A DNA stretch of 64,000 nt from an uncultured Chloroflexia bacterium (GCA_963774265.1 CAVZDU010000010.1:320001-384000); one strand, 5' to 3'. Numbered from the stretch's first letter, positions 10,036 to 20,896 are shown. Made by a program: numbers and translations. Notes: generated by a model not told the origin, from the letters alone.

Positions 10036-12609
10036 ATGCAAAAGATGGTCTCTTCGGATGACTGGATGGCGTTACAGGCTACACTCCACCGCGATGCTAT
10101 CCTGACGAATCCCATCGAGTTGATCCCCTACGAATTGGACGGCAGCCTGGGGAGTGGCGCAGTGGAAGGCGTAGTCCTCACGCGCTCGGCCGATGAGGTG
10201 GTGAAGGTGGTGCGATGGGCCGCTGAGCGCGGGATACCCCTGATCGCGCGCGGTGCGGGCACGGGTTTGAGTGGAGGCGCAGTGGCGCCGCTCGGCGGGG
10301 TCATGGTCTCATTGGCGCGCATGAAGCAAGTTGTCGAAATGGATGAGTTAGGCCGCTCTGTTGTCGTGCAGCCGGGCATCATCCAACAGACACTGGATGA
10401 ATACGTGAAGACCAAAGGCCTGTACTACCCGCCGGATCCCGCAAGCGGTCGGGCCTGCACGATCGGCGGCAATCTTGGCGAGAATGCCGGCGGGCCTCAC
10501 TGTTTCAAATACGGCGTCACCACCAACTATGTAATGGGATTGGAGGCGGTGCTTTCCGACGGACGGGTTATACGCACGGGTGGCCGTGCCTTCGATTACC
10601 CGGAGTACGACTTCACGGGCGTCCTGGTCGGTTCTGAGGGGACATTAGGCATCATCACCGAGGCCGAGCTGCGCCTGTTGCGCAACATCCCCGGTATCAA
10701 GACGCTCATGGCCATTTTTGATTCGGTGGAAATGGCTGGCGAGGCGGTGTCGGCGGTGATTGCACGTGGTCTCGTGCCGGGCACGCTCGAGATGATGGAT
10801 CGGACCATGATCGGCATCGTGGAGAACTATGTGCATGCAGGCCTGCCCGTTGATGCCGAAGCGCTGCTTATCATCGAGGCCGACGGCTATGTCGAGAGCC
10901 TTGATTCTCAGATGGCTGAGATCATGGAGGTCATGAAGGCGCAGAATGCGCGCGAGCTGAGGCTGGCCCAAAATGCAGCAGAACGTGAACGCATCTGGTT
11001 TGCGCGCAAGAGCGCATTTGGCGCCATCGCGCAGATCAGTCCCGCGTATCTCATCGTGGACGGGACAGTGCCACGCTCGAGGTTGGCTCAGACGTTGGCG
11101 GCGATCAACCAGATATGCTCTCGCCATGACCTTAGGGTGGGCTACGTGTTTCATGCGGGCGATGGCAACCTGCATCCACTCATTCTGTTCGATCCTCAAG
11201 ACGCGGACATGGTGAAGCGCGTTCACGCAGCGGGACAGGATGTGATGGCGTTGTGCGTAGCCACCGGGGGCACTATAACCGGGGAGCACGGTGTTGGAAG
11301 TGAGAAGCGCCAGTACATGCGGCTGATGTTCAACGATGATGAGCTGTGCGCGATGCAGGATATTAAGGAGGTCTTCGACCCTAAGAACATCCTGAATCCC
11401 GCCAAAATTGTGCCCGAGGTGAGTCCCTGGCAGCCACCTGTCAGGGACTCCACACATTCGGCGGTGGACGCCGTCGAACACGCTCCACTTGACACCGCTG
11501 ATGTGTCAGAGGCGGTGCAGTCATGGGCCGCTGCGGGTCGGAGTGTCCACGTGCGCGGAGGAGGCACAAAGTCAGGTTTCCTGGCGCCGGCAGATGTGAT
11601 CCTCTCGACGAGGTCTATGTCCGGCATTAAGGCCTTCGAGCTGAATGACCTGTATGTTACCGTGGGCGCCGGAACCCCACTGGCGGAACTGGAACTCGCA
11701 CTGGCGCGTGAAAAGGTGTGGGCCCCGCTGGCATCGCCGTGGCCGGAAGCAACGGTCGGCGGCATTGTTGCTACCAACTTCAACGCGCCCTTGCGCATGC
11801 GTTACGGCGCAATTCGTGATTTGCTGCTCGCGATGACGGTTGTGATGCCCGACGGTCGAGTCATCCGCGCGGGCAGGCCAGTTGTTAAGAATGTGGCCGG
11901 CTACGACTTGCCGAAACTATTCACCGGTTCGCACGGCACCTTGGGGCTGATCACGGAGGTGTCTTTGAAGCTGCTGCCGTTGCCACGAGCCAGGCAGACG
12001 CTGGTTGTTCCGGTTACCTCGCTCGCACGGGGGTTGGAGATCGGGTCCCAGTTGTTGCGGATATGCCTGGCCGCTTCGAGCCTGCTCCTGTGTCGCGGCT
12101 GCGAACTGACTGATGTATCGACTCCGTTCGCGCTGGTCTACACTGCCGAAGGTGTTGTCGAAGATGTCGCCGCGGAACTTGTGCAGGTCCACGAGGTGTT
12201 GCGGAGCGTGCAGGCAGGCGCGCACGCCGCGCAGGTCACACCGGCGGCGTTGTCGGGCACGGAGGTGTGGGGCAGGTGGGCACGCGCGGCATCGACAGAG
12301 GACGCACTGGTCCGCACGGGAGTTGCGCCAAAGGATGTGGGCCGGTTGATGGTCGAAGCTGCACCTCTATTGGGCGATGCACCGTTTGTGCTTGATATCG
12401 CATCGGGCCTGCTCTACACACGCACGGGACCTGTTCAGCCCATCCGGGATGCTGCTCTTCGCTTGGGCGGCTATACATCTCTTGTTGGTGGTCGGTCGCG
12501 TGCGGAGGATCCCTGGGGCTATGCGCCGGACAGCCAATCCATCATGGCCGCGCTGAAGAGACGCTGGGACGGCCCTGGTCTTTTCAACCCCGGTGCGTTC
12601 ATCGTGTGA
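10036..12609 (+). CDS. GlcD-GlcE fusion FAD-linked oxidase, copy 2 (intact, 857 aa)
   Basis: Single ORF with GlcD motifs ([29 protein letters not shown]) and GlcE motif ([14 protein letters not shown]); AGGAGG RBS. Confidence 0.9.
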   Translation: MQKMVSSDDWMALQATLHRDAILTNPIELIPYELDGSLGSGAVEGVVLTRSADEVVKVVRWAAERGIPLIARGAGTGLSGGAVAPLGGVMVSLARMKQVVEMDELGRSVVVQPGIIQQTLDEYVKTKGLYYPPDPASGRACTIGGNLGENAGGPHCFKYGVTTNYVMGLEAVLSDGRVIRTGGRAFDYPEYDFTGVLVGSEGTLGIITEAELRLLRNIPGIKTLMAIFDSVEMAGEAVSAVIARGLVPGTLEMMDRTMIGIVENYVHAGLPVDAEALLIIEADGYVESLDSQMAEIMEVMKAQNARELRLAQNAAERERIWFARKSAFGAIAQISPAYLIVDGTVPRSRLAQTLAAINQICSRHDLRVGYVFHAGDGNLHPLILFDPQDADMVKRVHAAGQDVMALCVATGGTITGEHGVGSEKRQYMRLMFNDDELCAMQDIKEVFDPKNILNPAKIVPEVSPWQPPVRDSTHSAVDAVEHAPLDTADVSEAVQSWAAAGRSVHVRGGGTKSGFLAPADVILSTRSMSGIKAFELNDLYVTVGAGTPLAELELALAREKVWAPLASPWPEATVGGIVATNFNAPLRMRYGAIRDLLLAMTVVMPDGRVIRAGRPVVKNVAGYDLPKLFTGSHGTLGLITEVSLKLLPLPRARQTLVVPVTSLARGLEIGSQLLRICLAASSLLLCRGCELTDVSTPFALVYTAEGVVEDVAAELVQVHEVLRSVQAGAHAAQVTPAALSGTEVWGRWARAASTEDALVRTGVAPKDVGRLMVEAAPLLGDAPFVLDIASGLLYTRTGPVQPIRDAALRLGGYTSLVGGRSRAEDPWGYAPDSQSIMAALKRRWDGPGLFNPGAFIV

Positions 12610-12701
12610 CCGCGGGGAAACCCCTCAACCTATGGGCAGCACATTTTCGATGTCGGTAAGACCTTGAGGGTGTGTGGCCCATGTTTTGCTGGAGGCTGAT
12701 C

Positions 12702-13790
12702 CTAACTCACACGTGTCGCCTCTGCCAAGGCTCTGATTCGATTCAGCTCTGCCTCGGGCGGCACGCGATCGGCAACCCCGAGGATCACCCGGGTGTCGCC
12801 ACGCGCGACCTCAACCGCTTCACGAACTGAACGAGCAAACGCCTCTTCCCCGTGTGCTCCCAGGAGCAAGTCCTGCGGCACTCCACCCCACAGCACAATC
12901 TGTGGCCCGCATGCTTCCCGCACCTCGGCCAGCGCAGCATCCCCGTGCGGCGGCCCGGAAATCCCCTCGATCGCATCGACGCCGGCGCCGGCCAGGAGGG
13001 GGGCAAGCCGTCGTCCCGGGCCACCGATGTGCACGATCAGACGCTTGGCTGTTTCGTGAGCGGCTGCAACCGTAGCCACGTAGCTCGGCCCCAGGTGTTC
13101 GCCAAACACGCGTGGTGGGATGTACTGCACATCCAGGTTATCTGCCGCCAGCAGCAAATCACCTGGCAGCGCAGCAACCTGCGGGACCAGCGCCCGAAGC
13201 TTGGCCTCCAGTTCGGCGACGATCGCATTGACCAGATCCTTCCCGGCGCCTCGCATTAGCAGCAGCCCTTCGCCCCAGCCCACCAGCGTATGGAGCAGAT
13301 CTGAATAGGGTTGCATCGGCAACTCCAGGGGTACGACGCCATCTTCTCCGACTGAGGCGCGCAAGGCGTCCAGGCCTTTAGCGTCGATCACATATTGGCG
13401 AGCCGCCGCTATATCGACGGTCAGGCTCAGATCATCGAGGGACTTTACCGGATACTCCGCCTGCCACCAATCGCCGTCCGGCCCGCGAGTCCAGCGCGCG
13501 AGCAAGGTGCGTCCCTGGACTCGATAGAGAATATCGTGCGTGTTGGATGTCTCTTCATTCGTTACTTCGACACCTTCATACTCGGCGCGCCAGGGGCGGA
13601 AGGGAGCCCAAATCGCAGTGCCGAGGGCGCGATGCGCGTCCGGGAGTGAAGTGCCGAAGTTGGGTGGTAATGTCTCGCGCACGGTGTGCCATTTATGCCA
13701 AAGGGTCAGATCGAGCAGTAGCAGAGGCGAGTTTTCAGTTGATGTTGGTGTGCTGTGAAAGCGGTTCAAGATTTCCGAATGCCAGGACAT
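12702..13790 (-). CDS. Uroporphyrinogen decarboxylase/cobalamin methyltransferase (UroD/MtaA-like) family protein
   Basis: C-terminal barrel motifs ADNLD, GVDAIEG, VLWGGVPQDLL, ILGVADRVPP; GAAGGAG RBS before ATG 13790. Confidence 0.7.
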   Translation of the reverse strand: MSWHSEILNRFHSTPTSTENSPLLLLDLTLWHKWHTVRETLPPNFGTSLPDAHRALGTAIWAPFRPWRAEYEGVEVTNEETSNTHDILYRVQGRTLLARWTRGPDGDWWQAEYPVKSLDDLSLTVDIAAARQYVIDAKGLDALRASVGEDGVVPLELPMQPYSDLLHTLVGWGEGLLLMRGAGKDLVNAIVAELEAKLRALVPQVAALPGDLLLAADNLDVQYIPPRVFGEHLGPSYVATVAAAHETAKRLIVHIGGPGRRLAPLLAGAGVDAIEGISGPPHGDAALAEVREACGPQIVLWGGVPQDLLLGAHGEEAFARSVREAVEVARGDTRVILGVADRVPPEAELNRIRALAEATRVS

Positions 13791-13837
13791 AGGCGGTTCT
13801 CCTTCGGTCTCGCAGTATACCATCGATATGGGGAGTT

Positions 13838-14599
13838 TCAGGGGCTGAGGCTGAATAGCCATTGCCGAAGGGTTGTCACTTCTCCCTCAACTGCCACAGC
13901 GGCCTCGTAGCCGGGAGCGATATCAACCGCGTGCAGTGTCCAGCGAGACACCTCATCGATCCCATCGGCGGTGCTCAAGAGGGCGGCAGGTTCGTCGGGG
14001 CGTAGCGTCACGTCGAACCGGTTCAATGGGATGGACAGGCCTTCACCGCGTGCCTTCACATACGCTTCTTTGCGCGTCCAACAGCGAAAGAAAGCCGGGA
14101 CCTGTTCATTTGGAGGCAATTGGCGTAGCATATGGACCTCTCGCGGCGAGAAGAAGTGTTCTGCGATGTGTTCTTCTGCGATTTGGGGACGAAGTTGCTC
14201 GATATCGACCCCTATTCGTCGTTGAAGACCGATCGCGTAGAGGGCGAGCTCACCCGAATGTGAGAGGTTGAATGAGAAGCTGGCCGCTGACTGGCCAGGC
14301 TCAGCGGTCAGTCTTGGCTTGCCAAATGAGGAGTACTCGAACTTGACCTCTTTTGGCGATCTTCCGATGTAGGACGAGAGGATTGCGCGCAGCGCTCCGC
14401 GAGCGACCGCAAACCTGCGGGTGTCATCCGCGAATTGAAACTTCCGAGCCCGGGCCTGCTCATCAGGAGAAAGCGTCTGATAGAGGGCCCTGACATCATG
14501 GTCGGAGAGATCAAGCTGGGCCAACCAAAGATGCAGGTCGTCTGGCGCGAGCTCAGGGCTGGCCGGACCAGGTTGCCAAGGCAAATGCTTTCTGTGCAT
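13838..14599 (-). CDS. Sfp-type 4'-phosphopantetheinyl transferase
   Basis: FGKP, FNLSHSG, IGVDIE, WTRKEAYVKARGEGL. Confidence 0.93.
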   Translation of the reverse strand: MHRKHLPWQPGPASPELAPDDLHLWLAQLDLSDHDVRALYQTLSPDEQARARKFQFADDTRRFAVARGALRAILSSYIGRSPKEVKFEYSSFGKPRLTAEPGQSAASFSFNLSHSGELALYAIGLQRRIGVDIEQLRPQIAEEHIAEHFFSPREVHMLRQLPPNEQVPAFFRCWTRKEAYVKARGEGLSIPLNRFDVTLRPDEPAALLSTADGIDEVSRWTLHAVDIAPGYEAAVAVEGEVTTLRQWLFSLSP

Positions 14600-14640
14600 A
14601 TTATGACTCTACGGGACATAGTATAGTGGGGAATTCCTTC

Positions 14641-14669
14641 TTGACAAGTGTCCCAATCGCTGCTACAGT
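14641..14669 (+). promoter_or_regulatory. Sigma-70-type promoter of the trp leader
   Basis: TTGACA-17 nt-TACAGT; overlaps a divergent TTGTCA-16 nt-TATACT candidate for the PPTase gene. Confidence 0.7.
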
Positions 14670-14699
14670 AATTTTATAATTGAATACTTTTGCCCCAAA

Positions 14700-15034
14700 G
14701 GCTATGAAGAGGACGAGTACACGCCGGGCCGGTGGCCCAGAGAGCGGGGGATGGTGAGAGCCCCGTCCAGTTGCCGGCGTCGAATGGCCCTCAGAGCCGC
14801 AGGCCGAAAGAGAGTCACGTATCGAGTAGGCCGCGCCGGAGTTGCCACCGTTATCAAGGCAAAGAGTATAAGCGCTGACCCTGTTGTCCGTGCCGTACTC
14901 GACCAAGAGTGAGGCTGGCTCGATTGACCCGTCGTCATCACGACGGGTCATTTTCGTTAAGGGCAGCCTAACCAGGGTGGCACCGCGGGATTGACATCCT
15001 CTCCCGTCCCTGATCCGGGAGAGGATTTGTATTT
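14700..15034 (+). ncRNA. T-box riboswitch (Trp specifier) with intrinsic terminator
   Basis: AGAGA and GGTGAGA stem-I motifs, GAA-TGG specifier (TGG at 14785-14787), T-box AACCAGGGTGGCACCGCG at 14970-14987, terminator stem ATCCTCTCCCG/CGGGAGAGGAT at 14996-15026. Confidence 0.93.
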
Positions 15035-15051
15035 AATCTGCGGAGGTCGCC

Positions 15052-16506
15052 ATGCCGAATCTTATCCCCATTGTCCGTGAGTTGCCAGCGGACCTGGAAA
15101 CACCTGTCTCCGTGTACCTGAAGCTGGCCGGACACGGTCCATCCTTCCTGCTCGAATCCATCACGGGCGGCGAGCAGGTCGCGCGCTACAGCTTCATTGG
15201 TGTCGATCCCAGTCGCGCGTTCGTCTTTCGCGATCGCACGGTCGAGCGGCGCACGAATGGCCGTACCGAACACGAAACCCTTCCCGCTGGCCACGATCTG
15301 CTTCATACGCTTGCCGCCGAGCTTAGTACATTCGAGGTTGAGGCAGTGCTTGGGTTGCCCCGCTTCTCTGGGGGCATGGTAGGCTACCTGGGCTACGATG
15401 TAGTGCGTTTTTTTGAGCCGACCCTGCCTCTCGCTCCCAACGGTACACTACCGGACGCGATCTTCCTTCTTGCCGACACCGTGGTTGCCTTCGATCATGC
15501 CTTTGGGCGGTTGTTACTTGTCGCTAACGTCCAACTCAATGGAGACGAGGCGGCGGCACGTCGCGACGCCGAGCGGCGACTCGACCATATTCAGTTAGCC
15601 ATAGAATCACCCCTACCCCCACGCAAGCCGCAGCGTGCGCCCGAGTGCTGCATCGACCTCACCTCAAACCTGTCGTTTGAGGAGTTTACCTCTGCGGTGG
15701 AATCGGCCAAGAATCACATCGCTGCAGGCGACATCTTCCAGGTTGTCCTCTCGCAGCGGTTTTCCCGCCGCACCGGTGCCCAACCTTTCGACATTTACCG
15801 GGCCTTGCGACGTCTCAATCCGTCGCCTTACATGTTCTTTTTCGACTTCGACGATCTGGCGGGCGGCGCCAAGCCGCTTTATCTCATCGGCGCCTCACCG
15901 GAAATGCATGTGCGGCTGGAAGGGCGGACAGCCGCGATTCGGCCTATCGCCGGCACGCGACCGAGGGGCGTCACTCCCGCCGCGGATGTGGCCCTGGAAG
16001 GAGAGCTCCTGGCCGACCCCAAGGAGCGCGCCGAGCACGTCATGCTGGTTGATCTGGCGCGCAACGATCTTGGCCGCGTCTGCGACTACGGCACCGTCCA
16101 TGCGCCTGAGTTGATGTCCGTTGAACGTTACTCCCATGTCATGCACATCGTTTCGCACGTGGAGGGATGCTTGCGTTCCGCCAGCGATGGATTTGACTTG
16201 ATTCGCGCCTCATTCCCCGCTGGAACGGTGAGCGGCGCACCGAAAATCCGCGCGATGCAGGTCATTCAAGAGCTTGAACGCGATCCCCGCGGACCCTATG
16301 CAGGGCTTGTCGGCTACTTTTCCTATGATGGTTCACTCGACACCTGCATCGCCATCCGAACCCTGGTGATGCAAGGGGAGGAGGTCAGTGTGCAGGCTGG
16401 CGCTGGGATCGTCGCCGACTCAGTGCCCGCGCGGGAGTACCAGGAGTGTGTCAACAAGGCGCGCGCACTTGCCGCGGCCGTGGAACTGGCGGAGGGAACA
16501 TCATGA
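15052..16506 (+). CDS. trpE: Anthranilate synthase component I
   Basis: DLETPVSVYLKL, FLLES, GDIFQVVLSQRF, KERAEHVMLVDLARND, GTVSGAPKIRAM. Confidence 0.96.
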   Translation: MPNLIPIVRELPADLETPVSVYLKLAGHGPSFLLESITGGEQVARYSFIGVDPSRAFVFRDRTVERRTNGRTEHETLPAGHDLLHTLAAELSTFEVEAVLGLPRFSGGMVGYLGYDVVRFFEPTLPLAPNGTLPDAIFLLADTVVAFDHAFGRLLLVANVQLNGDEAAARRDAERRLDHIQLAIESPLPPRKPQRAPECCIDLTSNLSFEEFTSAVESAKNHIAAGDIFQVVLSQRFSRRTGAQPFDIYRALRRLNPSPYMFFFDFDDLAGGAKPLYLIGASPEMHVRLEGRTAAIRPIAGTRPRGVTPAADVALEGELLADPKERAEHVMLVDLARNDLGRVCDYGTVHAPELMSVERYSHVMHIVSHVEGCLRSASDGFDLIRASFPAGTVSGAPKIRAMQVIQELERDPRGPYAGLVGYFSYDGSLDTCIAIRTLVMQGEEVSVQAGAGIVADSVPAREYQECVNKARALAAAVELAEGTS

Positions 16507-17070
16507 TTGCTGTGATCGATAACTACGATTCATTTACGTACAACCTGGTCCAATATATCGGCGAGCTGGGGGCGGAAGTATGCGTCTTCCGTAACGACGC
16601 CGTAACGGTTCGGGAGATCGAGGCTATGGCTCCCAGCCATGTCGTCGTCTCGCCAGGTCCCGGCGAACCCGCCGACGCGGGGGTGTCCAACGACGTAATA
16701 CGCGAGTCGGGAACGCAACGCCCCGTGCTCGGAGTATGTCTCGGACATCAGTGCATTGGCGAGGTCTTTGGGGGCAAGGTGGTGCGCGGCACGGCACCTG
16801 GTGCACGGCAAGACCTCACCCATTTACCACTATGGCGACGGCTTGTTTGTCGGTTTGCCCAGTCCATTTGACGCAACCCGGTATCACTCTCTGATTGTGG
16901 CTGAGCCCGTGCCGGATGCGCTGGAGATCACCGCCTTCACAACAGAGGGCGAAGTCATGGGGCTGCGTCACAAGACCCTGCCGGTCTTCGGCGTCCAGTT
17001 CCACCCGGAATCGATCCTGACACAAGGCGGCAGGCAACTTCTGAAGAACTTCTTGAATTGCAGGGTATGA
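16503..17070 (+). CDS. trpG: Anthranilate synthase component II (frameshift near 16790)
   Basis: [26 protein letters not shown] in one frame; [18 protein letters not shown] in the next. Confidence 0.92.
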
Positions 17071-17108
17071 AGGGAAACCTGGTCTTGGACAAGCAAATGG
17101 GAGGCAAC

Positions 17109-18191
17109 ATGCTACACGACTACATCGGCAAGCTACTTCGATATCAAAACCTCACCGAGGAAGAGGCCCGCGAGGCGATGGACATTATTATGACCGGTCG
17201 GGCCACGCAGGCTCAGATCGGAGGCTATCTCATCGCACTTCGCATGAAGGGCGAGACTGTCGACGAGATCGCTGGCTCGGCACGCTCAATGCGCGGGCAG
17301 GCCAATGGGGTCCCCGTTCACCGTGCTGGCGCGCTGCTTGACACGGCCGGCACAGGTGGCGATGGTAAGTATACCTTCAATATCTCCACCGCAGCAGCAT
17401 TTGTAATAGCAGGCGCGGGTCGGCGGGTGGCCAAACACGGTAATCGAGCCGCTTCCAGCCGCTCGGGCAGCGCGGACGTATTGGCCGCGTTGGGTGTCAA
17501 TCTTGACTTAACGCCTGATCAAGTGGGTCAATGCATCGACGAGATCGGCATCGGTTTTCTCTTTGCGCCGAAGTTCCACCCGGCCATGAAGTACGCGGTT
17601 GGGCCGCGCAAGGAGCTTGGGCAGCGCACTATCTTCAACATCCTGGGACCCTTGACCAACCCCGCGGGTGCGACACATCAAATCATCGGCGTCTACGACC
17701 CCGCGTTAACCCACGTGCTGGCCGAGGTAATGGGCAGCTTAGGCAGCGAGGCCGCGTTGGTGTTCCACGGCGATGGCGGGCTGGACGAATTGACAACAGG
17801 GGGGCCGAACCGGGTAAGCCACTTGAATCATGGTAAGGTCACGACATTCGATCTGGACGCGGTCGACCCTTGCTTGCCGTTCCGGCGCTGCACGGTTGGT
17901 GATCTGCGTGGCGGCGATCCTCCTGAGAACGCGCGTCTACTGCGCGACATTCTTTCGGGTCGGGATCGAGGCCATCGGCGCGATGTCGTGCTGCTCAATG
18001 CCGCTGCTGCGCTTGCGGTCGAGTGTTGCGATGTCTCGACGGACCCTTGCGGTGTCCTCAGCGATACCGTGGCCCAGGCGGCGGCCTCCATCGACAGCGG
18101 CGCGGCGATGCGCAAGTTGGATATGCTCATAGCAATGAGCCAAGAGCTGAGTTCGCAGCCTGTGGCGAGCGGGAACGGCCACGGACGATGA
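17109..18191 (+). CDS. trpD: Anthranilate phosphoribosyltransferase
   Basis: DTAGTGGDG, FNISTAAA, KHGNRAASSRSGSAD, RTIFNILGPLTNP; GGAGG RBS. Confidence 0.95.
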   Translation: MLHDYIGKLLRYQNLTEEEAREAMDIIMTGRATQAQIGGYLIALRMKGETVDEIAGSARSMRGQANGVPVHRAGALLDTAGTGGDGKYTFNISTAAAFVIAGAGRRVAKHGNRAASSRSGSADVLAALGVNLDLTPDQVGQCIDEIGIGFLFAPKFHPAMKYAVGPRKELGQRTIFNILGPLTNPAGATHQIIGVYDPALTHVLAEVMGSLGSEAALVFHGDGGLDELTTGGPNRVSHLNHGKVTTFDLDAVDPCLPFRRCTVGDLRGGDPPENARLLRDILSGRDRGHRRDVVLLNAAAALAVECCDVSTDPCGVLSDTVAQAAASIDSGAAMRKLDMLIAMSQELSSQPVASGNGHGR

Positions 18192-19000
18192 GCCGTCTGA
18201 ATGAGATCTTCGAACACAAGCGCGCGGAGGTCTCGATGCGGAAGGCTGCCCGGCCCGTCAAAGTTGTGATGGATGCCATCCATGACGCGCAGCCAGCGCT
18301 GAATTTCATCGCCGCTTTGCATGCGGTGCGGCGTCCGGCCTTGATCGCGGAGGTTAAATCTGCATCCCCGTCACGGGGATTGCTTGCAGGACGCGATGGC
18401 AGGCCATTCGACCCGGTTGTCTTGGCGCGCTGCTATTCTGAGAACGGCGCAGCTGCCATCAGCGTGTTGACCGACGAGAAGTACTTCGGCGGTTCTCTGG
18501 ATCATCTGCATGGGATACGCACAGCGCTGCCGGCGATGCCCCTATTGCGCAAAGATTTCGTTTGTGATCCTTATCAGGTGTACGAGGGCCGCGCCGCTGG
18601 CGCCGATGCGGTTCTCTTGATCGTAGCCGGCCTCGATCGTGCCGCGTTGGAGGACCTCGCTGGTCTGACTCGCGCGCTCGGTATGGCGGCCCTGGTTGAA
18701 GCACACACGGCTGAGGAGTTGGACGTTGCGGTCGCCAGTGGCGCCTGCCTCATCGGTGTCAACAGCCGCAATCTGCACGACTTTTCCGTGCGCCTGGATA
18801 CCACGGTCGAGCTGGCGCAACGCGTGCCCGCCGATGTCACCCTGATCGGCGAAAGCGGCATTTTCACAGCAATGGATGTGGCTCGACTGGCAGAGGGTCG
18901 CGGTGTCGATGCCATCCTGGTGGGTGAGGCATTGGTGACAGCCGCGGACACTGCGACACGCGTGCGCGAGTTGAGCGGAGGGAGCGCCAAGCTCCGATGA
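18188..19000 (+). CDS. trpC: Indole-3-glycerol phosphate synthase
   Basis: IAEVKSASPSRG, SVLTDEKYFGG, LRKDF, GVNSRNL, ESGI. Confidence 0.95.
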   Translation: MSRLNEIFEHKRAEVSMRKAARPVKVVMDAIHDAQPALNFIAALHAVRRPALIAEVKSASPSRGLLAGRDGRPFDPVVLARCYSENGAAAISVLTDEKYFGGSLDHLHGIRTALPAMPLLRKDFVCDPYQVYEGRAAGADAVLLIVAGLDRAALEDLAGLTRALGMAALVEAHTAEELDVAVASGACLIGVNSRNLHDFSVRLDTTVELAQRVPADVTLIGESGIFTAMDVARLAEGRGVDAILVGEALVTAADTATRVRELSGGSAKLR

Positions 19001-19694
19001 TCGTCAAAATCTGCGGGATACGCACCCTGGACGACGCGCTGGCTGCAACTGACTCCGGAGCCGATATGCTCGGCTTCAATTTCCACGTGGCTAGCCCGCG
19101 CTACATCGATCCTCCAGGCTGCAAACGGTTGATCGATGAACTGCGGCGCGAGCGGGCGCAACTGCCCCTGCTCGTGGGTGTGTTCGTGAATTTACTGCCT
19201 GCCGAGATCGACATCATTCTTGAGGCATGTGGTCTCGACCTTGCCCAGCTCAGTGGCGACGAGGGGCCAGAAGTGGTGCTTAAGCTTCGGGGCGCGCGTT
19301 CAAGGCCATCCGGCCCCGCGATTTGTCTGATGCCCGGAGACTTGCGGGCCTTCATAACCCCAGCGTGTATCGCAGCGACGTGCCCGCGGTGCTGCTCGAC
19401 GCTTCAGGACCGGGCGTCTACGGCGGCAGCGGTCATTCGGCCGATTGGGCGATCGGTGGGGCGCTCGCAGGAGAGATGCCTATCCTATTGGCCGGAGGGT
19501 TGCGACCCGATAACGTGTCCGAAGCCATCGCAGCGGTACACCCCTGGGGCGTCGATGTCGCTTCGGGGGTGGAGCGAGCGCCCGGAGTCAAGGATCCCAA
19601 CAGAATGGCCTCCTTTGTCCGGATCGCGAAGGAATCGACCCCTGCAGCTCGACTAATCAGAGGTGAGAATGAGTCTAGACAACATCAAGAATAA
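18997..19694 (+). CDS. trpF: Phosphoribosylanthranilate isomerase (frameshift near 19295)
   Basis: VKICGI, GADMLGF, VGVFVN; next frame [27 protein letters not shown]. Confidence 0.9.
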
Positions 19695-20896
19695 CGGTCG
19701 GATGGCGCCGAAGTTCGGCCCCTATGGCGGACAATTCGTGCCGGAGACACTCATGCCTGCCCTGGGTGAGTTGGAGGCGGCCTACCTGCGTTTGCAGGCT
19801 GATCCTGCCTTTCGGGCCCAGTTGGAGGATCTGTTCAAGAATTACGTGGGACGCCCCACGCCCTTAACGCATGCGCGACGCCTCACTGCGCATCTTGGAG
19901 GCGCGCAGATCTACCTGAAACGTGAGGATTTGGCCCATTCGGGCGCTCACAAGATCAACAACGCCCTGGGTCAGGCGTTGCTGGCCAGGGCTATTGGCAA
20001 GCGTCGAGTGGTAGCTGAGACAGGCGCGGGTCAACATGGCGTGGCTTCGGCCACGGCCGCTGCCCTGTTGAATCTTGAGTGCATCGTGTATATGGGGTCC
20101 GTGGACATCGCCCGGCAGCAGCCCAATGTCCAGCGCATGCAACTGCTAGGCGCCCAAGTGCGGCCTGTTGACAGCGGCACCCGCACGCTTAAAGACGCCA
20201 TCAACGAGGCTATCCGGGACTGGGTCACCAACGTTAAGACCACGCATTATCTGCTTGGTTCCGCACTCGGCCCACACCCCTATCCCACCATCGTGCGCGA
20301 TTTCCAATCCGTAATCGGCATCGAGGCACGCCAGCAGATCCTGGACGCGACCGGCCGGCTGCCCGACGTCTGCGTGGCGTGTGTCGGCGGCGGTTCGAAC
20401 GCGATCGGGCTGTTCCATGCCTTTCGAAATGATGCCACCGTGCGACTGATTGGCGTAGAGGCAGGGGGCGAGGGGATCGTATCCGGCAAACATGCAGCGC
20501 GCTTTGCCGACCCGCAGTTAGGCCGCGTTGGTGTGCTGCATGGCACGCGCACTGTCATCTTGCAGGATGCGGATGGCCAGATCGCAGCTACCCATTCCAT
20601 CTCTGCTGGGCTTGACTATCCCGCCGTAGGGCCCGAGCATGCGCACCTGCGGGACCTGGGGCGCGCTCGAGTACACCTACGCGAACGATGAGGAAGCGCT
20701 CGCCGCGTTTCAGCTTCTCGCCCACACCGAAGGCATCCTCCCTGCCTTGGAGTCATCCCATGCCATTGCCGAAGCGGTGAAACTGGCACCGCGTATGGGT
20801 CGCGATCAACTGCTCGTGGTCAACCTCTCGGGGCGCGGAGACAAGGATTTGGTAACGGTCCTGACCGCGTTGGCCGCACGGGAGGTGTCACGATGA
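19669..20896 (+). CDS. trpB: Tryptophan synthase beta chain (frameshift near 20665)
   Basis: [49 protein letters not shown]; next frame [21 protein letters not shown]. Confidence 0.95.
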
